Positions 24,521-39,130 of a DNA stretch of 64,000 bases are shown here, in pieces. Positions within the stretch are counted from its first letter, which is position 1, and every line of letters begins with the position of its first letter. Under the pieces are notes generated by a model that had not been told where the DNA came from, did no database searches, and was given only the letters and a program-made list of their open reading frames with translations. Source of the DNA: Eledone cirrhosa (taxonomy: Eukaryota); the NCBI GenBank assembly GCA_964016885.1, contig OZ024742.1, positions 107,384,001 through 107,448,000 of the forward strand, given 5' to 3'. The position numbers were made by a program, and so were the translations under genes.

Positions 24521-25073
24521 GTGACTTAGAGCTGCCAACCCATCACTCGTCTTGCCGTTTGAATTTTGAAATACTCTTCTAGAAACATTTTTTATTTATA
24601 TTTTTCCTTTGGCCCGCCTCTCTTTCCTACAAATATTTCAATCTGGATTACAAAGCTGATAGATTTTCCTTCATCTGAGAGAGAGAAAAAAGTATTTTAG
24701 TATCAATTGTACCGATACCGAGTTTACCGACGCAACCAGTTTATATTTTGAGATCAGAGATGATTTAAACACCATCCAACCGTTATGTCGTGAGTTCAAT
24801 TTTCGTTCAGATATCTGAACGACAATCTCATCGTCAGTTTATTATCAGCAACAGCACTAACTCACTTCTATTAATATTCAGAAATTTCCTCAAGTGTACC
24901 TACCGCTTTGGTTTAATCTGTTAAAATCACTATAGATTGAAAATAATTATTATACACAGACCACACATAATATAATAATTATTGAGGAGGGCTGAAAGAA
25001 AGCCCGCAGTTTCTATCTTTATTTAGGAGAGAGGGTTTTTATTTGACCCTCTGGTTAAACTACGGACTTGGCG

Positions 25074-25162
25074 ATGGAGGTTCTAGAGTCGACTAAAAGG
25101 TTTGCTTCAGCTGAAGATGAGGCGAAGTACTGGCGGGCGAAAGCCGAGGAAACACAGAGAGA
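25074..25162 (+). CDS. nudE: First coding exon of nuclear distribution protein NudE homolog (NDE1/NDEL1-like)
   Basis: gcgATGG Kozak context. Encodes MEVLESTKRFASAEDEAKYWRAKAEETQR, which resembles the NDE1/NDEL1 N-terminus (FSSxxEExxYWK). Phase-2 donor GA|GTAAGT at the equivalent position. Acceptor ttctatctttatttAG at 25026 implies an upstream UTR exon. No further exon recognised in the window. Confidence 0.82.
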
Positions 25163-25202
25163 GTAAGTTTGTCTTCGATTTCCCTTTCGTGTGTGTGTGT
25201 GA

Positions 25203-25420
25203 CACAGGGTGTCCTTATATTATCTTAACAATTTAAATTCAGAACTCACAAGGTTTATTGGAGAAAATTAGTAAACAAATAAAGTTTTATCGGAACACCT
25301 CAATGTGGTCTTTATTGGTTGTACGCAACATATCTAAACGATGCTCACTTCCTGATCATGTACGTTGGAGCATCCTCATCAATGGTGGAAGTTGTAAAGA
25401 TAATTTATGGACACCCTGTG
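25203..25420. mobile_element. Tc1/mariner-like MITE
   Basis: ~30-bp TIRs cacagggtgtccttatattatcttaacaa / ttgtaaagataatttatggacaccctgtg. Confidence 0.8.
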
Positions 25421-27195
25421 TGTGTATATATATATATGTTTTGACAGTGGTGGTGTATTCAAACTGCTTGAATGTATCACCACAAGCCAAACATTAAGTC
25501 ACTGTCAACATTTTAATAAATATTAGATTCTACACACTTATTGACTCCTGTATTCAGTCGATGTTCATTATTTTGGGGGGTTATTTAAAACACTTATTCT
25601 TAATATATATTATTATTAAGGCCTATTCCTTTCCCTCGGCACAGGTTGAACAGTTGGTCCTCCTTCCTGTTATTGCTTGGCCTTGATATATTAAAACTCC
25701 ACCCCACGGACTTGAGTTGATCTATACCTTGGATATTTCTATCATTACCACTATATATATATATATAGATATTTATTAAAATAACAGATTAAAGTTTAAG
25801 CAAAGAATCGCTGCTTTCACCCTTAACGGGATCTTCTATATAAATATAAATTCAGCGGCTGGTAGATAAAGCGAAACGAAACGCAAAATCGTAGAAATGC
25901 TGGCAAGCGCTCCAATAGTTAGAAAAACTAGAGCCAAACAATATGTTAAAACGCCATACAAACTGAAAAGTGGTCAAGAAGGCATTAACCATCTAAGCCA
26001 AAAAAACAAATCAAGCTAAACAGGTCAAACAAAATAAAATGATAAAATATATATATATGCTTGCATGCACCTGTGTACTTGTGGAACTCTGATCGAGTAG
26101 TGCTATAATTAAAAGTATCCAGCCATAACCATCCCGATTTTTTTCAGCTTATTCAATTTGTCCCTTTTTTTAACAGATAGTGGCGATTTTGCTACTATTT
26201 TCGGGAGGTTGAGCGACTACGTATACACGCTGTCCGTTGACTTGCGTTCATGGAATAGACTTCCATCGGTTTTGACGATGAGCGTTCGAGTCCCATCAAC
26301 GGAACAGCCTATTCATGAAATTAACGTCTAAGTGGCTGAGTATTCCGTAGACGCTTGCATCCTTATTGTAATTCGCAAGGAGATGGAGATTCAGCGTAAC
26401 ACTGCTTGCGTACATACGTGAACAGGCAGGATCAGATAGACGGATGAGAGTCGAATCGATATTACTAAATCTATATTTGACTATTTTTTAACGTGTATGT
26501 ACTCACTCATATGTATACACATCATGGTCAGATCAAGTTCTTTTGAGGGCCTAAGCACTTAAAATATTATGGTACTATAAAGTTTGCAAAAAACATTTTT
26601 TGGTGAGACCATTTAAAATGAATAAAATGGTGCTCCTCTTTCTCAAGCATGTTTATTTTGCTTAATTGTTAATCGGACCCTGTTACACGTGTGTACCCTA
26701 TGTCTAATATCTATTCACATTTACATATTGTATGTATCGGACTGTGTATAAAGTTAATATTGATGTAAAAATTTCATTTATTAAGAGAAATATATATTTG
26801 TGAGATAGTTGTGTGTGGAGTTGCTGAAAGTAGTTTGGCATAGTTTTACTTTCGTCCCGTCTCCATATAATAAGTTTCCCCTTGAGACACAAAGCCAACT
26901 ATTTGGGGGAGCGAGGGCGGAGTCGGTGATATTGTCCTTAGTACATGACTGGTATAGAGCATTTATTTGAAGCCACAAATCCATTAAAAAAAAAATGTCC
27001 ATAGGTGTCTTAATCGTATAACCCTAAAATTTTGAAGGCAGTTCACTGCTGGTATATCGCTATGCACATGAACCACATTCAATAAATATTTTTTCATTAC
27101 ACGAAAACCTATTTCACTCTGTCACTCGACCTGTTAGAAATAGCAGTTAGATCTGTCTCAAATACCCACTCTCTCTCTCACACATACATACCCAC

Positions 27196-27243
<48 letters not shown>

Positions 27244-27599
27244 AAAATTAAGATAAATCAAATGAATTTAATCTAAATCAAAATTATGGGTGTCATGCCA
27301 GAAAGACATGCGCCATATCATTGGTGAAATATATTTCTTTAATGGAATATATAGCGGGGAGATTAATCATATTATAAGGTATCTATTTTTGAAGTTCTGG
27401 TCAACTTTATTTAGTTACCTACGTAGCTATGTGTGGTTACACACTTGTAAAAATTATCTCCTGTGATTATTCATGTTTATTTATATGTTAATCAATCTCT
27501 AGTTATTATATATATATATATATATAATGTGGGTGTGTATAATTATATATGTATAATTTTCTGGGGTTTTTTCTAGGCATATTTAATCTAATAATCTTA

Positions 27600-27681
<82 letters not shown>

Positions 27682-28239
27682 GCACACAATTAACCAAACC
27701 TATAATTGCTTGTCTCTTTGTCTCTGGGTATTCATCTCCCCTATCATTCTATACATAAAACAGTTTAGTGCTTTATAATTGTGAGATTCTGTAACTATGT
27801 ATTTAAAATATCAATTAGACTCGTCATAATGTGTCTAGGTAGGGTTAGACCGTCTGCATTTATTTATGTCTATGCATAATATTTACCTGTATTTTAGGTG
27901 TCTACGCACTAATATTAGTTTGCATGTGAAATCAATGTGTGTGTATGTACATACGTAATACAGTATGTGTACTATCGTGGGCAGCTATTACTCATAATCA
28001 GACACTTCAGATAATCAAATCTCTATATCTCTCTCATTAACTTCGATGAATTACAGATGTATATGTCATCATTTAACGGAAATGGTCGTTAATGATATAT
28101 GTACAATTGGAATTTATCGAAATCATATAGACGCTCGAAAGCAACACGAGTTGATATATCTGAGTTAGCCTAATCAACATTCAATTTGTTCGCGGTCCAG
28201 GGTTGTGAACAGTAGCAATGGATAACGTGTAGAGTTCGC

Positions 28240-28560
28240 CCATGGCCTTCTAGGCGTTTGGTGGAGTTGGGCCGCTGACAGAAGAGTTCTTGTCATCGTT
28301 GGCGGCTTGCCATACCGAGGTGTCAGGTGATGCCCATGAGGGTGTCTGGTTGTTTCAGCGTCTCAGTCTCGCCATCACCCGCGGTAATGCTTACGAGCGT
28401 GTTGGCTTGCCTCAAAAATTTCCATTTGACCCTTGTGATGTGCGGCCGGTTGACGCACTTTGTGATGAATTGATGGTCATTTTTTTTTGTTTTTCTTTTC
28501 TTCTTTCTCTCGCTTCGGTCGTATATTTTGGTGTGTTGTATTTCTAAGGTTCATAGTTAA
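28240..28560 (+). mobile_element. CRE-like retrotransposon C-terminal fragment
   Basis: VSGDAHEGVWLFQRLSLAITRGNA in the ORF at 28290-28547. Confidence 0.72.
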
Positions 28561-28900
28561 TTGGAATTATTAAATGTGTTTATATTTTCATTCCGAAAGA
28601 ATTGTGAACAATTAGTAATGTTATTTATACAACAGTGAATAAAATTGTAGTTATACTATAAAGAAAAAAAAACATATAATATAAATGTATATGGGTTAAA
28701 CGAAATGATTTGTGATTATGCATATTATAATCATATTCCGTTATGATGGAATATATATAATTTATTACACACGGATATGAATGAGTTAAACAAAATGAAT
28801 AGTGCATTTTTAAAGATATACATATAATAAATATATTTTCCATTATCACGATGAAATATATACTTATTTTAATCTGCGTGGCGGAATTTACATCCCAGTG

Positions 28901-28942
<42 letters not shown>

Positions 28943-31900
28943 AGTCAAATATTTAAAATTTGGCTTCGTTTATTAAAGATGTACTGCTATATATATTTCG
29001 GTGAACAGGTGTCGGTAAACAACCAACATACTCAAAATTTATATATATATTTATTTGTATATATATATAATTTTTTTTTCCTCGAAATTGGATTTCTGTT
29101 TTAGACAAAACAATACAAAAATAAAATGTAACAAAACTCCTTTCCCTAATGTGTTGGGAAGAATTTTAAGTACACACACTAAGTTAAGGTATCATAACAT
29201 ATATGTGTGATGATTGTTTCTCAGTAGAAAAGCTCAATGGACGTTTGCCTAGAACATCAATAATTCAAATTAAAACATATATGTAAATATATAACTTTTA
29301 ATATATATGTATATTGTACATATGCCTCTGTGTGTATGGATGTATTCATTCTCCCGCTACCTAATTTACTGTTGATAGTTGTGTTGGTGTATTTGGTGGG
29401 GTATAGGCCGCTTCGCCGCGACTCACCAGCTGTCTCAGTAGCTGTCTCAGTTACACGCGTGTGTGTTAGAAGAGAATGCGCAATGGTATCTCCCTTCCCA
29501 TCTCTTGTTCTCGCCACTCCGTCTTATGGTTAAAATTGGCACTACCAAATCAGCATACAACTAACGTCATAATAGAAGGTTTGGGCGAGGTTGCGTGTGC
29601 CTGAGGATGTTGAGTGCCGCTCCACCCAAACACTGACCCATTTCTCTCAACCTATTCTCGGGTCTCGAATAATCGCCCCCACTTATTTATTTTTCAGATT
29701 CTCTCTCCCTCCTTATTAAATTTTGCTAATCTATCTCCGGCGAAATTAATTTTCTTTAGACATTAAAAAACATACATGACAAAAATAAAGAACATTACGT
29801 TATAAAATAAATAGGATAGGTTAGGGTCTCAATATATAAACTAACCTACTAATTCTGGTTTCTAAAAAAATCAAGGGAGACAATCTAGAAAAATTACCCC
29901 CCCCCCATTATTTGTGACCCGAAAGAAGCTATTTTTTCGCGATCTCTTTCAATCAGAAGCTGCCGTTAGATAATGATACATAACTGTCTTTTTTGTTCTA
30001 TTGTGATGGCGTGATATTGACGTGTGCGTTCTTCGGGCTGCATTTATCCGCTGTCTCACAATTCTTATCACCATGATCAGCTGCTTTATGGCAGTTATTT
30101 TTAGCTAGTATTATGAAATGTAAACATATAAATTCAAAACTGACGTAGTTTTATCTGTCGCCGAGTTCAACTTTTCCTTTCATCCTTTCGTCGAGATCGA
30201 TAAAATCAAGTACCAGTGAAGCACTGGGGTCGATATGATTACCCTGCCCCCAACAAAAATTACTGGCCTTCTGCCTATGTTCATGAGATCATTATATGTC
30301 GTTTGTTTTGTTTCTCTCCTTTCTATCACCACCCTCAGCAGCCGAATTTAAAATTATATTGCTGTTTGTAACACTAACAAAGTATTTCCTCATCTCCTTC
30401 CCCGTCACTCCTTTCCACTGTATGTTATTTGTTCTTTGACTCCCCCCCAAACTCAAAAGTCAGACTGCTGTCTACTTCCTCCTCTTGTCTCACATACCAA
30501 AAAAACTACCATAAGTTAACATCGTCATTCTCTGACTGTCATGAAGAATATAATTGTTTAGATTGTCTATTGATGTGCCTACTATGAACAGATGTCTTTC
30601 TAGTGGGCTTATTTTAATTAATTGATTTTGTATTATTTAACTTAATTTTAATTATTCAGAGTGAATTGTTTAAAATATATATTTTTACATTTGGCCATGT
30701 TTATTTGTTTTCAACTGTTTGTACTTCCATTGTTCTATTTGGTTCTGTTTCATCATGGATTGCCTATGTTTGAGATATATATATAGAACTATGTATGGAC
30801 CTGTAACTCTCGATGGAGTCATAAGGGTGCCATCATGACATATGGTTTGTCTTGGGCACATTAAACCTGGTGGAGCCTATCCTATCTCCAAGCCAGAACA
30901 CAGCCGATTTCTTCCAGAGAAGGAAAGAGGGGAAGTGAGAAAGTGGTATCAAGGAAAAATGGATCCTAGTACTGGACTGGTACAATTTTTAATGAACTCT
31001 GACAACTCTGAATGGAGGTGTAGCTGAGTGATAAATTTGCATCACAATCATGAGTTGTCTGGATTGATCCCATTTCAGGGCATTTTAGGAGTTGTCTTTT
31101 ACAACCTCCTCCATTGGATACATGTCTTGTGAGTGAAATCTGGTAGATGGAAACTAGAAACTTTTCAGATGGACTATATCTGTATTTCAAAAGGTCAACC
31201 TTGTCTCACATAATGTTAGAGGTACAAGTGTGTAGGAAACTCATCAGTTATACCATAATTCAATGAGTAGGCTGTTCAGTTGATTTACAACAGAATACTC
31301 ATTGTGAAAAGCAAGAAATACATTTCCTTTTTTTGTATAACTATATAGGATTGTTCAGTTGAGTCAATGACATGACAATTTCTATGGTGTTGATTTACAC
31401 AATAAATGTACCCAGTGCACTCTGTAAATGGGTTGGTGATAGGAAGGGGATCCAGTTATAGAAAACCTGTTAAACAAAGGGTCAGGTGGACTCATCTGTT
31501 GTGTCCAGTTATGACAATCTCCTTAATTCTAGTGCCATTATAAAATGCACTCAGTGTGTGGGAATGTGAGATGTAGACCCCTGGTTCACTGAGTATGTGA
31601 CTACCTGTTAATGGATGTGAGTGATGCCGATCGTATACTTCTAAAGATATCTCATATCTGTTCTCCCTGCCAGAAGAGGGGGCGGCATCTCATTTACATA
31701 GGTTTCATCACAGAGAGGTTGTTATGTCTTTGACACAACTGAACTCCTCCCACCTCTTCCTAATACCATATCTAATGCACTATAAAATGGTTGTCTTGCT
31801 GCCACAATAAAAAGCATCTAGTCTACATTGTAAATGTGGTTGGCGTCAGTAACAGTTCTGTATGAGTAAGACATGGTCATCTGATCTGACATGTCTCACT

Positions 31901-33608
31901 ACAGGACAACTTGTCTAACTACTGCTAGCATGGAGAAATGGATGTTAAACGGTGATGATCATGAATGCACATGTGTGTGTGTGTGTAATGTGCTCGAGTA
32001 TGTGTATGCACATATATATTGAAATTGTCATTAAAACACACACACACTAAGTTGTAATTCATATTTATTGTAAATGAATTATTGATTGGTTTGTCAGTCT
32101 TTTGATTCAGTTGTGACATTCTTATTGACCTGCAGCTGGTTTTCTTACGTTTTTGTGCCTGGTATTTATATATAAAGTGTGTATATGAGATGGTGATAAT
32201 GTGTATGTTTAGTCTGAGCTTCTATGTATGTGTGTAAAAATAAACATGCACTTACTTACACACCACTAGGAAGGGCATTCATATATAGAAATCGCATGAA
32301 ACAATGGTTGAAAGAACTCTTTGGTTGTTTCAATGACCTGACATCCCCCAACAATAAAATACATCTAGTACACTCTTTAAAGTGGCTAGTATTAGGAAGG
32401 GCATCCTGCTGTAGAAACTTTGTCAAAACTGGAATATATGTGAGATGTGGTCCCCCGCCCATCTAGGATAGTAACTCTGATTACTGACTTGGTTTGTGAT
32501 CACCTGTCCAACACATGCATAAATCTTGTCTATAACAATCAAATTTCTCTCAAGCTCTCTACTGACTCATAAAAAAGGACGACTTTTTAATTCTACAAAA
32601 AAAAAAAAAAAAAAGAAACGAGAGCTAACTATGTTTATAGTTTCATTTGATCAGTGTCACAGGTTTACCTACTCACATACACAGTTTACCTAGGTTAGCA
32701 ATAACGAATTTAAATTGTCAATGATTGTGTCTGTACTGAATATAGACACAGTAACTGGAAACTATTGAGTTACCAGTTGATCAATGTTCGTCACATATTT
32801 TACATGATTGATCTGCCCTTGCTGATATTACAGCAACTAGAAAAATAAATATGCGACAAGTGGCATTTTTTACTACCACCACAACCCTTTGCTTAGCTCT
32901 GCCCTATTTAACCACAAGTATTCACACTATTTTCAATAAACCTGAATTTGAAAGCAGTTTGTTTATGACTAATAATTCAACTTGTTGGATGTTTTACGTA
33001 CATGCTGACTTCCCTTGTTGTTGCTTATTTTTGTAAATATATGAGGTTATTTAATTTGTTTTGTTTTGTTCAGAAGGGTATATGAACAGTGAGTACAGAC
33101 ATGATTGTGTGGGGAATGTCCTCTGAGCAATAATATAGTCCCAGGTTAGATACCTTTGTGCAACATTTTAAGCAAGTGCCTCCTAACATTGTGTCAAATT
33201 GACTAAAGCCTTAACAATGGAATTTCAGAATAAATAATTCTAACATTGACTCAAGGTCAGTTGAAATTCTTTACCCAATAGCTAAGCTTATACCATTTTG
33301 ATAGCAAATGAATGACAAATGCTGTCAGGCAGTAGAATCCCTATAACAATATCTACACTCTACTTTCCTTAACTATAGGATACTAAGTTGAATAATAGTC
33401 TTACTGATCTTAACTAGTAGCACCTTATTCATATATATTACTAGTTGTAGACTGGGGTTTTCTTCAGGTCATACAGAAATACACACACACACACGGGGTG
33501 GGGTGGTGTCCACATATGTTGACAAATATGCACTTATTAGCCCCTCCCCCCACCTGCGTTTTCTACCCAAACTCTTAGTGTGGTGACAACTGTATCTACC
33601 TATCTTTC

Positions 33609-33953
<345 letters not shown>

Positions 33954-36900
33954 TGCTTCTCAATAACCAACACCTGTCATAGTGAAAGTCTTTTTGAAGT
34001 CGTGTTGCTTGTCTATATGTTGGACATACAGAAACACCCCCCTGCCCCCCCCAAACAACAACAAACAAATCAAAACAAAAAACTGTATTCTTTTTGTTTG
34101 TTGGCAAGTTATGTTTTAGTTAAAAAATGGGGAGGGGGGGGGGTTATTATTTCCCTCCCTATATATAGAGTGACAAACGGACTGACAGACACAGTTCTAT
34201 TATAATTTTACCATTTCGATAACAAATGAGAAATGCTGTTGGGCAAAGAATCTCTGTAATAATATATACTCTCTAATTGCCTTAAGTATAGAATCATCAT
34301 TACCGTTTAACGTCTATCTTCCATGCTAGCATGGGTTAAACTAAGAATACTAAGTTGAATAAGTCTTACTAGTCTTAAATAGTAACATCTCATTCAGATA
34401 TGTGCATCCACTTTAGAATAGGTACATGTAAGAAGCAACTAAAAGTGTTGGTGTCAGGAAGGACATCTGGCTGTAAAACACTGTCTCCCAACTCGTACCA
34501 GCATGGAAAAGTTGATGTAAAAGGTGATGATGGTGATATGTAGTATGCTTGTGTTGGATGGCATATTCAAGGCATTAGACAAACATATATTGGTTAAACC
34601 CTTTCTGTCCTGGTTGATTTTGGCATTTAATTTTACATGGTTGATGAAATATATATTAGTACTGGGATTAATAGAGTTGAGTACAATTATAGAAAGTTTA
34701 GCCCCAGCATGACCACAGTCCAATAACTGTAACTAATAAAAGTTTATTACTAAGATGACTGTCAAGCTGAAAATGCTCTTTCAAGAGGCATGATTATTAT
34801 AATTTCCCATTATATTATATAAGGCTAAAGTATATTTTTGTTGTTGGTTGATGAAGTGTTTTTCTTCCTTTCCTCTTTCTGAAATTGTTAGCATTATTAC
34901 TAAGCCATGTTAAAGGGCAGATAGGAACAGTAGCTAGAATTGTTGAAGTATTCATATCTTAGTGACCTTATTCCTTTTTTTTTTTTAGTAGGAGGCCAAT
35001 GTGTTGAACTTTATTTAACTTCAGATTAATGCAGGCAATGAGTCAGTTTTGCTGGTTCAGTAGAAAGAATAATAAAACAAAAAAGGAAAAGGGGAAATTT
35101 CGTGTTTGTGCAGATTAGCCCTTAAATATGATTAAATATAGACATGACCTTAATGATCAAGTAATTATAAAAAACACTAAACCTGGGCAGAGAAAACAAG
35201 TTCAATCTTTGTTGTAAAATGGTATTATTATTGATGGAAGGTGGGAGGTATATCTCTAAATGTAGATGTATTATACCCAATGTGTTTTTAAGTTTCTATC
35301 TGCTGCTCTTTAACCCTTTAGCATTTAAACTGGCCGTATCTGGCTAGAATTCTCTCACCTCTCTCTGTTCAAACCAGCTGTAACTGGCTGCTCATATTCA
35401 TGTTAAGGTATTGTTCTCAAAATAAATATCAAAATCTCAGATTCGATATTATGTGAGATAATGCCTTTACCACAAAATTATAATATATCCATTTCTCACA
35501 CTCCACTCACCTTTTCTCCTATTCTGTGTAACTTGAGATTGCAGTGGATCTCCTGTTTACTTTTCCATGCTGTTGTAACTAGAGATGACATTTGATCTGT
35601 CGATCCTTCTCATCACTTTGTCACTCACCTTCTCTATCTTTCATTACACCATGCCACCCATGTAACAAAGGATGGCATTGTACCTGTCTGTAGTCAATCC
35701 TCTCTTACACCAGTTGAAATGGAGATTTAGTGGAGACAATGTAGGGTGGAGAGGACTCTTTAGTCATGCTGATGGCATAACAAACTTTCTTGTGTTGGTA
35801 CACACCACATTAAAATGTACCTAGTACACTCTGTAAAGTACTTGGTCTTAGGAAAAACTTCCAGTCATATAAACCATTCCCAAAATGGAATGTATATGGT
35901 CCTCTGACTTGTGAAGCCTAGAACAAGAATAATTCTAAATAAGGACTGATAGCCTGTTCAACTCATGTCATCATGGAGAGTAAATATAAAATGATTCTCT
36001 ATTAATTCAAGAGTAGAGGGTAAAACTAATGATTCAGATTTTCAGGGGCTAGGCTTATATAATTTAGCATTGGCTGCGGTATTGGACACATGCATGCAGT
36101 GTGTTGTATAAGGAAAGTAAATTATAAGTATGTTTTTTTGAGAGATCACTATCCTTCCTAATGGTGAAATGTTGTTATATGTTGTTAATTATATTACTCG
36201 TTAGGGTTGGACAGTAAGCAAGTGTTTTGTTACACAACTCAGGAAGAACACAACTAAAGCAGTAACTATTATTAATAGTATTGAACAAAATATCTATTGA
36301 ATTCTGTGTTTCAGTGTGTCTATCCATCATGCATGTATTTGTCCTGTAGGTTAGGTTCTGTGGTCTCTTATGAAACATGATACAAGAAACTATTGAAGAA
36401 TAATTATACTGATTGAAATATACTGTAAGTTAAAAAATATATATAAAAATGAAAATAAAAAAGCAAGAAAACCCCCCCAACATTATAAGATTAAATAGTA
36501 CAAATAAACTTATACCACTCTGGAAATAAACACCTTTTTGTTCTGTTGAAATAGCTGATCAATATAAGGTGAGGACTTCTTTTTTGTTGGTAAACATGCT
36601 GGTAATTATAAACTCCACTTATAAATTTCCAAGGTGTATTTAAACTGCTGTGCTGGATACTAAGCAAAGTTGTATACTTATTACTGTGACGTTAAGTGTG
36701 AAACTATAATAAAACAAAACCAATAAACTATATCCTGTTACACAAACAATTTCCCTTGATAAAAAGTATAGATATACTCTCTCCACTGTGTGTGAAATTT
36801 GTTATAATTGTTTAGTCCCCAAGTCAGCCCTGTAATGTTTGTTCTGCAAATTACCTAGTATTTCCATTTCATTTAATGTACATTGAAATAGTTCTATGCC

Positions 36901-38364
36901 TAAATTTCATTGATTTGTAACCAAAGCACAAAATCTCACAATCTGAAGGGGGATGGTTGATTAAATCAACTCAGTGATTGGCTGACACATTATTTTATCA
37001 CCCTCAGAAGGATGAAAAGCATAGTTGATCATAGTGAAATTTGAACATAGGTGAAGGTATGTAGCCTTGGTGGTTAGGGTGTTTGGATCACAATTATAAG
37101 GTCATGGATTTGATTCCTGGATTGGTCAGCATGTGTCTCTGTGAAAAATAAGTACCAGCTGCAGCTAGGGTTAACCCCTGTAATGGACTGAGATCTGGAG
37201 TCTTTATGATAGGACTGGGACCACTTATTAAAACACTAGAAACCTATGAGATGTAACTTTATAGAAGGCCAGCTAAACCTATATAGGTATGAGCTGTACA
37301 ACAACAATGGTATAAATGTAAAGTAAAGGGCACCACCCTGATACATGATGTCTTTAGTGTTTTAAAGCTGACAAAGTTAATTCTTCTCCATGTACAGCTG
37401 ATTTTTTTCTTGAGACTGAGAAAGTGATAGAAAAATAGGAAGAACCAACCCAAGTATTAGTACTTTATTTATTTAAGTATTAGTACTTTATTTATTGTCC
37501 TTGAAAGGATGAAAAAAAAAGACCATGGTGGGATTTCAATTCAGAGTGCAGTGAGCTGGAACAAATGCTGTGGCATTTTTAATCTTATGTCTGAAGGACT
37601 CTATCAGTTCATTGCATGTAAAGGACTCAAACTAAATACCACAAGATATTTTGTTTGACATTTTAATGATCCTACAAATCCACCTCCTTGTACCTAAACT
37701 GTGTTAATCACTTCTCTCTGCAGTTGCCTTTTTTGTTTAGTTTCCTTATCGCCCCCTCCTCTCTGTTCCAATCCATTTCCTCTTCTCTTGAGAATATAAT
37801 ACCTTGTGGTGAGATGGTTAACATGAACTGTGGGGAAAAAATGTCAGGCTGCATTTTCTTCTATAATACTTGAGAAATGTTTTTGTTAATCAGTGTAAAC
37901 AATTTTGGAAAAAAAAAATTGTTACATTGTTTTAAAGTATAGAGTTCAAGGTTTATTCTATTTCTAGAAAGATACAAGTGACACTCTCTTTCACAATGTG
38001 TGTGTGCATACACAAACATTGTTTTGTGCTTCAAATTATGTGGTTCAGAGTTCCACTCGAGTGTGATGCACTTTAACAGTTCTTTACAATATTTCTAATG
38101 AAATACATTGCCTATGGTTTTCAAATAATGAATTTGGAGGGATTTAGAAATGTGACTAAACTTTCTCATTGTTAAGGTTTTTATGTAAAATTATGAAGGG
38201 AGAATGTTAGATAAAAATAAACACATTAAAACAAATAATTTTATATTGTAAGACTAAGAACAGTTTCAGGTAGTTTAGTATCAAAAGTTGAGCAAGTGTC
38301 ATCTATATTCTTGGATTGACTTGTGAGTGGAATAAGGAGATGGAAACTGTAGAAGCCTTCATAT

Positions 38365-39130
38365 ATGAAGTCTGTTGAAAAAGTATTCAACCTTAAGCCG
38401 GGAAAAAAATTTATGTACTTGTTGGGGTTCAAATGCTAATCCCCTTCAAATAATCCTCTTGTGCTTCCACACATTTAGTCCAGCAATCCTTCTACTGCTT
38501 GATGCACATTTAGAATGCTTCTTCTCGAATGGCTCTCTGCTGATCACATTATGTCCTCTTAGCTCTCAAAGCAGGAGCCTTTCAGTGGCATCTTCACTTT
38601 TGGGGACAACCAGAAGTCAGAAGGAACCATGTCTGGAGAGTAGGGAACTTGGCAAATGTGCAAAATGTCTTTCATTGTCAAGAAATTTTGGATCAGCTGT
38701 GATAAATGAGCAGTGGCCTTGTCATGATGCAGCTGTCAGTTTTACTCCTTTGTAACTGTTTGTCCTTCTGGTGTATGTTCATCATCCACAAAGCTTTAGT
38801 AGTTGATGGAAACAATCCGCATCACCTTGATTTTGCTTCACACCTGACTTGCTTTTTTGGGGCCTTGGTGACATTGGATGCTTCCAGTGTTATGATTGAG
38901 CTTTGGTTTCTAGATTGTACCCATACTCCTATATCTTATCTCCAGTTATTTTGGTATTCAGAAACTCAGGATTTTGTTGGCTGTATCAAGTGAAATGAAA
39001 ATGTGACATTGGCTGCTGTACTACAACTGATGCATCCAGTAAACTTGCAAAACATCCAGCATTTGTATGTATGCAGTTCCACTCTGCACACTTTTGTTTT
39101 CCTGATGTTATTACTTCTCATCGGAAAAAA
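38365..39130 (-). mobile_element. Mariner remnant, related to 5424-6119
   Basis: TIR-like gttgaaaaagtatt at the left end; minus strand encodes LHHDK and PYSPDMVPSDFWL. Right boundary approximate. Confidence 0.7.

Noticed and set aside
33074-33088. 15-nt micro-exon (ttgttcAG...aca|GTGAGT) in the NudE intron
   Set aside because: No similarity to NudE, and such site pairs arise by chance in long introns.
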